DNA of 64,000 bases from an uncultured Acidimicrobiia bacterium (GTDB lineage Bacteria > Actinomycetota > Acidimicrobiia > Acidimicrobiales > JACDCH01): the NCBI GenBank assembly GCA_963840695.1, contig CAWIZW010000012.1, forward strand, positions 154,424 to 218,423, in the 5' to 3' direction. The notes under the pieces were generated by a model. The model worked only from the letters and a program-made list of their open reading frames with translations. It had not been told where the DNA came from and ran no database searches. Position numbers and translations under genes: made by a program. This document shows positions 58,614 through 64,000 of the stretch, one piece after another; the first letter of the stretch is position 1; each line of letters begins with the position of its first letter.

Positions 58614-60179
58614 ATGGACCTGTTGCACGCCCTGACCCTCGGCGACGTGCTCCGCGAGCACCGCCGCAGCTACCCGCTCCGGACGGCGACGGTCGACGGC
58701 GACGTCCGGCTCACGTGGCCCGCGCTCGATGACCGCGTCAACCGCCTCGCCCAGGCCCTGCTCACCGCCGGCGTCGGCGAGGGCGACCGCCTCCTGTGGC
58801 TCGGCCAGAACAGCTGGCGCCTCCTCGAGGTCCTCCTCGCCGCGGCCAAGACCGGCGCCGTCTGCTGCCCGGCCAACTGGCGCAGCGCGGCCGACGAGCT
58901 GGCCTTCGTGCTCGAGGACGCCACGCCCGCGGTCGTCGTCTGGCAGGACGCCGAGATCGGCGACAACGTGCGCGCCGCGCGCGAGGCGACCGGCGGCGCC
59001 GGCCTGTGGCTCCAGCACGACGGCCCCGCCGGCGCTCCCGGAGGTGCGAGCGAGTACGAGGCCTTCCTCGCCGGGGGCGAGCCGGCCGACCCCGACCTCG
59101 TGATCGACCCGGCGTCGCCGGTCCTCATGCTCTACACGGCGGCCTTCACCGGACGGCCGAACGGGGCGCTGCTCTCGCACTGGGCCGTGCTCGTGCAGAA
59201 CCTCGTGATGGGCAACCTGCAACGGGTCGACAGCTCGTACGTGTACCTGAACAGCGGACCGCTGTTCCACGTGGCCACGTTCATGACGACCCTCGCCACC
59301 CTGCACTTCGCCGGCACGAACGTCTTCACGCCGCGCTCCGACGCCGAGGAGATCTGCCGGCTGATCCAGGACGAGCGCTGCACCGGCGCGTTCGTCGTGC
59401 CGCCCACGACCGACCAGATCATCGAGTTGAACGCCGGCGGCAAGTACGACCTGTCGTCGCTGCGGACGTTCCCCGGCAAGCCCGAGTGGAACGCGATGGT
59501 GACCGTCGACGACAGCCCGTGGACGCGACGACCGGCCGGCTTCGGGCAGACCGAGTGCATGGGCATGCTGACGCTCAACGCCTGGGGCGGCGACGCCACC
59601 GGCACGAGCGGACGGCCCTCGCCGATGGTGCAGCTGCGCATCGTCGACCCCGACGGCAACGAGGTGCCGCCGGGTGAGGTCGGCGAGATCGTCGGGCGGG
59701 GCCCGACGGTCATGAACGGGTTCCTCAACCGTGCCGGTCTGAGCGAGGAGCGGCTCGCCGGGGACTGGCACCACACCAACGACCTCGGCCGGCGCGAGGA
59801 GGACGGGTCGCTCACCTGGGTCGGTCCGAAGACCCGCTTCATCAAGTCGGCCGCCGAGAACATCTACCCCGCCGAGGTCGAGGCCGCGCTCGAGAAGCAC
59901 CCGGCCGTGCGCGAGGCGGCCGTGATCGGCGTGCCCGACCCGACCTGGGGCCAATCGGTGCGGGCCGTCGTCGCCCTCAAGGACGGCGAGTCGGCGACGG
60001 CCGAAGAGCTCATCGAGCACTGCCGCACGCTCATCGCGTCGTACAAGAAGCCGCGGTCCGTCGAGTTCGTGGATGCCCTGCCCCGGCTCGGCTGGCCGAT
60101 CGACTACGACGCGCTCGACGAGCGGTTCGGCGGGGGCGGCTACCCCACTGGGGTCAGAGGAAGCGGATCTCGCGGCTGA
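58614..60179 (+). CDS. Acyl-CoA synthetase (AMP-binding family)
   Basis: The gene is intact. Segments are MLYTAAFTGRPNGALLSH, WHHTNDLGRREEDGSL and YKKPRSVEFVDALPR. The ORF-track start at GTG 58596 lies inside the operator, so ATG 58614 is preferred. Confidence 0.85.
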   Translation: MDLLHALTLGDVLREHRRSYPLRTATVDGDVRLTWPALDDRVNRLAQALLTAGVGEGDRLLWLGQNSWRLLEVLLAAAKTGAVCCPANWRSAADELAFVLEDATPAVVVWQDAEIGDNVRAAREATGGAGLWLQHDGPAGAPGGASEYEAFLAGGEPADPDLVIDPASPVLMLYTAAFTGRPNGALLSHWAVLVQNLVMGNLQRVDSSYVYLNSGPLFHVATFMTTLATLHFAGTNVFTPRSDAEEICRLIQDERCTGAFVVPPTTDQIIELNAGGKYDLSSLRTFPGKPEWNAMVTVDDSPWTRRPAGFGQTECMGMLTLNAWGGDATGTSGRPSPMVQLRIVDPDGNEVPPGEVGEIVGRGPTVMNGFLNRAGLSEERLAGDWHHTNDLGRREEDGSLTWVGPKTRFIKSAAENIYPAEVEAALEKHPAVREAAVIGVPDPTWGQSVRAVVALKDGESATAEELIEHCRTLIASYKKPRSVEFVDALPRLGWPIDYDALDERFGGGGYPTGVRGSGSRG

Positions 60180-60534
60180 CGAAGCGCCACTCGCCGTCGC
60201 CGTCACGCCGGAGGCGGTCGTGGTAGCGGCCCGCCGAGGTGATCTCCCTGGCCTTGGACAGGAACAGGTAGTCGGTGACGGCGGCGGCCTCGTCGCCGTC
60301 CACGTCGACCTCCGATTGGGCGATGACGTGCTTCCCACGGGCGTCGGGGCCCTGGGACTTCTCGATGAACGCCCGGATGGCGTCCCGACCCTCGTAGGTG
60401 CGGCCCAGAACGGAGAAGGTGGCGCCGGGCTCGAACAGCTCGGACCAGGTCGCGAAGTCGCCGTCGTCGCATCGCTGGCAGTAGCGGGTCAGCGTGCGCC
60501 GGATGGCGCTCTCCGCCGCTGGATCGGTGGTCAT
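60154..60534 (-). CDS. SnoaL-like / NTF2-fold protein
   Basis: The ORF is an intact 126 aa: MTTDPAAESAIRRTLTRYCQRCDDGDFATWSELFEPGATF...RYHDRLRRDGDGEWRFVSREIRF. ATG 60534 lies 7 nt after a TACTTT hexamer. Confidence 0.7.
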   Translation of the reverse strand: MTTDPAAESAIRRTLTRYCQRCDDGDFATWSELFEPGATFSVLGRTYEGRDAIRAFIEKSQGPDARGKHVIAQSEVDVDGDEAAAVTDYLFLSKAREITSAGRYHDRLRRDGDGEWRFVSREIRFL

Positions 60535-60559
60535 GGATCGGAAAGTACTGTTCGACGCC

Positions 60560-61435
60560 ATGGCGAACATCCTCGAGTTCCTCCGCGGCGTGATCACCGA
60601 GCCCGAGGCGCGGGGGGCCTTCCAAGCCGACCCCGACGGGTACATCGAGAGGGCGGGTTTCGTCGACCTGACCGGCGAGGACGTGGTCGAGGCGGTGCTC
60701 GTCCTGCGGCGCTCGCTGCCCGAGGACGTCGCCGCCCGCCTGTCGGCCTTCGAGGACGACGACGAGCTGCCGGCGGTGCGGCCGGGGCCCGAGGAGACCG
60801 AGCTCGACGCCGCGGTGCGGATGCTCCACTTCGCCATCCAGGCCGGCGGGATGGCGACCACGGCCGGGCCGTCGGGCGACCAACCGATCGACGTGGAGAA
60901 CGAGCTCGACACCGACCTGGCCCCCGCGGCGCCGGCCGCCTCGACGGCCGGCGGGGTGGCGGCAAGTCCGGCGCAGACGCTCCAACGGTTCTCCGACGAC
61001 GTCGACACGATCGTGGGCGACGCCGCCGAGGCGCTGGAGAAGGCCGCCGCGGCGATGCGCGACGCGGTGGCGGCGGCCGTCGGCGAGGCCGACGCCCATG
61101 CCCGGCAGATGCGAGCCGAGGCCGACGTCGAGCGGGAGAGCGCCCGCGTCGAGGCCGACGTCGAGCGGGAGAGCGCCCGCGTCGAGGCCGAGCGGATGCG
61201 CACCGAGGCCGACAACGAGCTCCAGCGCGCACGCGAACAGGCCGAGGAGTCACGGCGACGCGCCGAGGAGCTCGTCGCCTCCGCGCAGGCCGAGAGCGAA
61301 GCGACCCACGCCGAGCTGGCGGCCCGCCGCGCCGAGTTGCGCGAGGTCGAGCGCCAGCTCAAGCAGCGCCTGCACGACATCGACTCGCTGTTCCGCACCG
61401 CCCTGGGCGACGAGGGCGACGCCCCGCCGGCCTGA
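60560..61435 (+). CDS. IniB-N-terminal-like domain protein with a long charged coiled-coil C-terminus
   Basis: The gene is intact. The N-terminus MANILEFLRGVITEPEARGAFQADPDGYIERAGFVDLTGEDVVEAV resembles the IniB N-terminal domain. The C-terminal part is an E/R/A-rich heptad-like sequence. ATG 60560 lies 8 nt after TACTGT. Confidence 0.55.
   Translation: MANILEFLRGVITEPEARGAFQADPDGYIERAGFVDLTGEDVVEAVLVLRRSLPEDVAARLSAFEDDDELPAVRPGPEETELDAAVRMLHFAIQAGGMATTAGPSGDQPIDVENELDTDLAPAAPAASTAGGVAASPAQTLQRFSDDVDTIVGDAAEALEKAAAAMRDAVAAAVGEADAHARQMRAEADVERESARVEADVERESARVEAERMRTEADNELQRAREQAEESRRRAEELVASAQAESEATHAELAARRAELREVERQLKQRLHDIDSLFRTALGDEGDAPPA
61118..61183 (+). repeat. Perfect 33-bp tandem repeat (x2, plus 9 bp of a third copy) inside the coiled-coil gene
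   Basis: GAGGCCGACGTCGAGCGGGAGAGCGCCCGCGTC occurs at 61118-61150 and 61151-61183. It encodes EADVERESARV twice, in frame. Confidence 0.85.
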
Positions 61436-61453
61436 GGACCTCGCCGGCTCGGC

Positions 61454-62182
61454 TCAGGCGACCGTCCAGCCTCCGTCGGCGGCGCGCCGCCAACCGCCGG
61501 CGGCGTGGTTGCCGCCGTCGACGTGGATCGTCGAGCCGGTGACGAAGCGAGCGAGGTCCGAGGCCAGGAAGACCACGGCGCCGGCGACGTCGTCGGCCCG
61601 CCCTGCTCCGCCGAGCGGCGTCCGGACCCCCTCGAGGGCGCCGACGCCGGGGGTCACGATCACGTCGGGGGCGACGCAGTTCACCCTGATCCCGCGGTCG
61701 CCGAGCTCGAGGGCGAGGGAAGCGGTCAGGTTGACCACCGCCGCCTTCATGGCTGCGTAGAGAGCGAAGCCGGGCGCGGCCCGGTGCGCTTCGATCGAGG
61801 TGATGTTCACGACGGCGGCGCCGTCGGCGAGCAGCGGCTCGAACGCCCGGGTGACATCGGCGAGCTGGGTGAAGTTCTCCCGGATCAGGGCGTCCTGGGC
61901 CCGTAGCGAGAGGTCGGCGAAGGCGGCAGGGAACCCACCGCCGGCGTTGTTCACGAGGACGTGCACCGGCGCCCCGATGGCGGCCGCCCAGCACGACACC
62001 GCGTCGGGGTCGCGCACGTCGACCCGCTCCGTCGCACCGTCGATCGGGTCCTTGTCGCAGCCGTGCACGTCGGCGCCGAACGCCGCCAGCGCGTCGTGGA
62101 CGGCGGCGCCGATGCCGCGGGCCGACCCGGTGACCACCGCCCGCCGCCCGTCCAACCGCACGTCGTCCGGCCCCACGCCCAC
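61454..62182 (-). CDS. SDR family oxidoreductase
   Basis: The ORF is an intact 242 aa. Motifs are AVVTGSARGIGAA, NNAGG and YAAMKAA. Confidence 0.85.
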   Translation of the reverse strand: MGVGPDDVRLDGRRAVVTGSARGIGAAVHDALAAFGADVHGCDKDPIDGATERVDVRDPDAVSCWAAAIGAPVHVLVNNAGGGFPAAFADLSLRAQDALIRENFTQLADVTRAFEPLLADGAAVVNITSIEAHRAAPGFALYAAMKAAVVNLTASLALELGDRGIRVNCVAPDVIVTPGVGALEGVRTPLGGAGRADDVAGAVVFLASDLARFVTGSTIHVDGGNHAAGGWRRAADGGWTVA

Positions 62183-62194
62183 GCCCCGGAGACG

Positions 62195-64000
62195 CTAGCC
62201 ATCGAGTGACTCCGGCAACGGGTCGTGGTGGACGACCGTCAGGGACTGGACGGCGCGGGTGAGGGCGACGTACAGGAGCCGGAGGCCGGCGGCGACGTCG
62301 GCACCGGTCGTGGCGACGATCGCCGCCGGTTCGACGACGACGACGCCGTCGAACTCGAGGCCCTTCGCCTCGGCCGGCGCGACGAGCTGCGCCGCTCCGC
62401 CCAGCCCGGCGTCGCGAAGCGCCGCGTGGGACGCGGCGACGGCGACGACCCCGACGCTCGTGTGGCCGGCGGCGTCGAACGCCGCCACCGCCTCCACGGC
62501 CGTCGCCGATGACCGCGTCGACCTCGACGGCGACGCGACGTCGGGCTGCTGGCCGGTCGTCGCGCACCGACCGGGCCGGCACGACGCCGGGCGCCGCCTC
62601 GGCCAGGAGCCCGTTGGCCCAGTCGAGGATCGGCGGCCGGCACGCGGTAGCCGAGGGTCAGCTCGGCCAGCCGACGCCAGCGGCGGGACGCCGAGGTGCC
62701 CGATGGCCTCGTCCCACGAGCCGCTGTGCGCCCGGCGCGGTCGCCTGGGCGAGGTCGCCGAGGATCGTGAGCGAGCCCGACGGGCAGCGCCGGGCCGACG
62801 GCGCGGAACGCCATCGCCGTGAGGTCCTGGGCCTCGTCGACCACGACGTGGCCGTAGGACTGCGGCGCCCCCTCCGTCGGCCGCCCGGCCTCGTCGACCA
62901 CGACCAGCTTCGGCCGCCGACCACGGCTCGTCGTCCGAGCCGCCGGGCGCCGCGCCGCAGGAGCAGGCGCTGCTCGCAGTCGATCGAGCAGCCCGTCGGC
63001 GGCGGCGGCGAGCGCCGTCCGGTTCGTGAGCAGCCGCTTCGGCCAGCGCCGCGCCCGACAGCGGCGGCCAGAGCCGGTCGAGGGCGCGGGCGAGGTCGCG
63101 CCGGCGGCCGGAGGTCGTCCTCGAGCGCCTCGGAGGTGACGATGCCGCCGCCCGGCTTCTCGGCGACCTCGAGGCGGGCCAGGCGCAGCAGGATCGTGCG
63201 CAGCGCGGTCCGCGCCACGCCGTGGGGCGACGTCGCGGCCGGCGACCTCGGCGACGGCAGCGGCGACGGCCGCCTCCGGGATCCGGAGCAGGCCCCAGGC
63301 CGAGGGGAGGTCGAGGTCGCCCTCGGGCGCCTTGATGGCGCCGCGCGATCGCCGCCTGCACGACCGCCGCCATCCGGGCGTCGCCGAGCAGCGCCGCCCG
63401 CGCGCGGCGGGTCGACGGCGGCGTCGGCCGTCGACGCCCACCAGCCCGGCCACCGTGGCCTGGCGGACGCTCGTCTCGCCGAGCGACGGCAGGACCTGGC
63501 TGATGTAGCGCAGGAACGTCGGGTTGGGGCCGACGACGAGCACGCCGACCTCGTCGAGCAGACGCCGGTGCTCGTACAGCAGGTAGGCGGCGCGGTGCAG
63601 CCCGACCGCCGTCTTGCCGGTGCCCGGTCCGCCCTGCACCACCAGGCAGCGGTCGAGCGGCGCCCGGATGACGACGTCCTGCTCGCCCTGGATGGTGGCG
63701 ACGATGTCGCGCATCGTCCCGGTGCGGGCCCGTTCGAGCTCGGCCAGCAGCGGGTCGGGCACGCCGCCGTGCCCATGGGCGGCGTGGACGCAGTCGGGGT
63801 CGGCGAAGTCCTCGTCGAACAGCGCCTCGATCGCGGCTCCCTGCGGTGGCGAAGCGCCGCCGGCGGGCGAGGCCGAGCGGGTCGGCCGGCGTGGCCCGGT
63901 AGAAGGGGACGGCCGCCGGCGCCCGCCAGTCCATGACGAGGGTGCCGCCGTCGGGGTCCTCGACGTGGCGGCGCCCGATCCGGTAGTCGCCGTCGCCCTC
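62195..64000 (-). pseudogene. HelD / helicase IV-like UvrD-family ATPase (5' end outside the window), frameshifted
   Basis: Fragments are DYRIGRRHVEDPDGGTLVMDWRAPAAVPFYRATPADPLG, the Walker A segment VVQGGPGTGKTAVGLHRAAYLL, YGHVVVDEAQDL, ILGDLAQ and the C-terminal KGLEFDGVVVVEP...LYVALTRAVQSLTVVH. Confidence 0.7.

Noticed and set aside
41091-61183. The possibility that the tandem repeats (17 bp x3, 33 bp x2, 60 bp x2, 33 bp x2) represent a CRISPR array or minisatellite locus.
   Set aside because: The repeats are directly adjacent without unique spacers and have only 2-3 copies at unrelated loci. No cas genes are present.
1-64000. Programmed ribosomal frameshifting or alternative decoding as the explanation for the broken frames.
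   Set aside because: There are far too many events (often several per gene), they go in both directions, they lack slippery-site or pseudoknot context, and they affect unrelated gene families. Indel error or recent decay is much more plausible.

Overview
The window is a very GC-rich, Actinomycetota-type chromosomal segment packed with about 63 protein-coding loci on both strands. I found no rRNA, tRNA, CRISPR array, transposase or integrase. The content is dominated by CoA-thioester and lipid-type catabolism. It includes 6 full-length acyl-CoA dehydrogenases or ACAD-like partners, 2 crotonases, a MaoC hydratase, 2 thiolase-like genes (one an Ltp type with two DUF35 partners), and 3 AMP-ligases plus a PaaK-like ligase. 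It also includes 4 SDRs plus one SDR relic, an LLM oxidoreductase, an amidohydrolase, a hydantoinase B/A pair, a carotenoid-type oxygenase and a ferredoxin. Alongside these are a Liv-type ABC transporter, 4 TetR regulators, a GGDEF-EAL protein, GluQ-RS, PhoD, a UbiA prenyltransferase operon and a HelD-like helicase at the right edge. Four observations stand out. (1) A 16-bp palindrome, CTGACR-N4-YGTCAG (extended form TAACCTGACA-N4-TGTCAGGTTA), occurs 14 times. Every copy lies in a promoter-type position, intergenic or straddling a gene end or start, in front of nearly every transcription unit. This implies one large repressor-controlled catabolic regulon whose motif I cannot assign to a characterised regulator. 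(2) A very regular leaderless promoter grammar (TAnnnT, 6-8 nt, start codon) includes face-to-face overlapping divergent -10 boxes. (3) Roughly 100 reading-frame changes (a manual estimate) are distributed in blocks: clean stretches of 2-5 kb alternate with stretches carrying several per kb. This pattern fits indel-type assembly error or indel hot zones better than old pseudogenes. (4) There are several small structural oddities. These are a 17-bp triplicated ATGA stop/start junction creating a relay of 6-codon mini-ORFs, an internally deleted SDR relic, 33-bp and 60/61-bp tandem duplications, and a two-copy REP-like hairpin at convergent gene ends. Coordinates of frameshifted genes are full-span estimates. 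Products are inferred by eye from motifs in the supplied translations, not from database searches.
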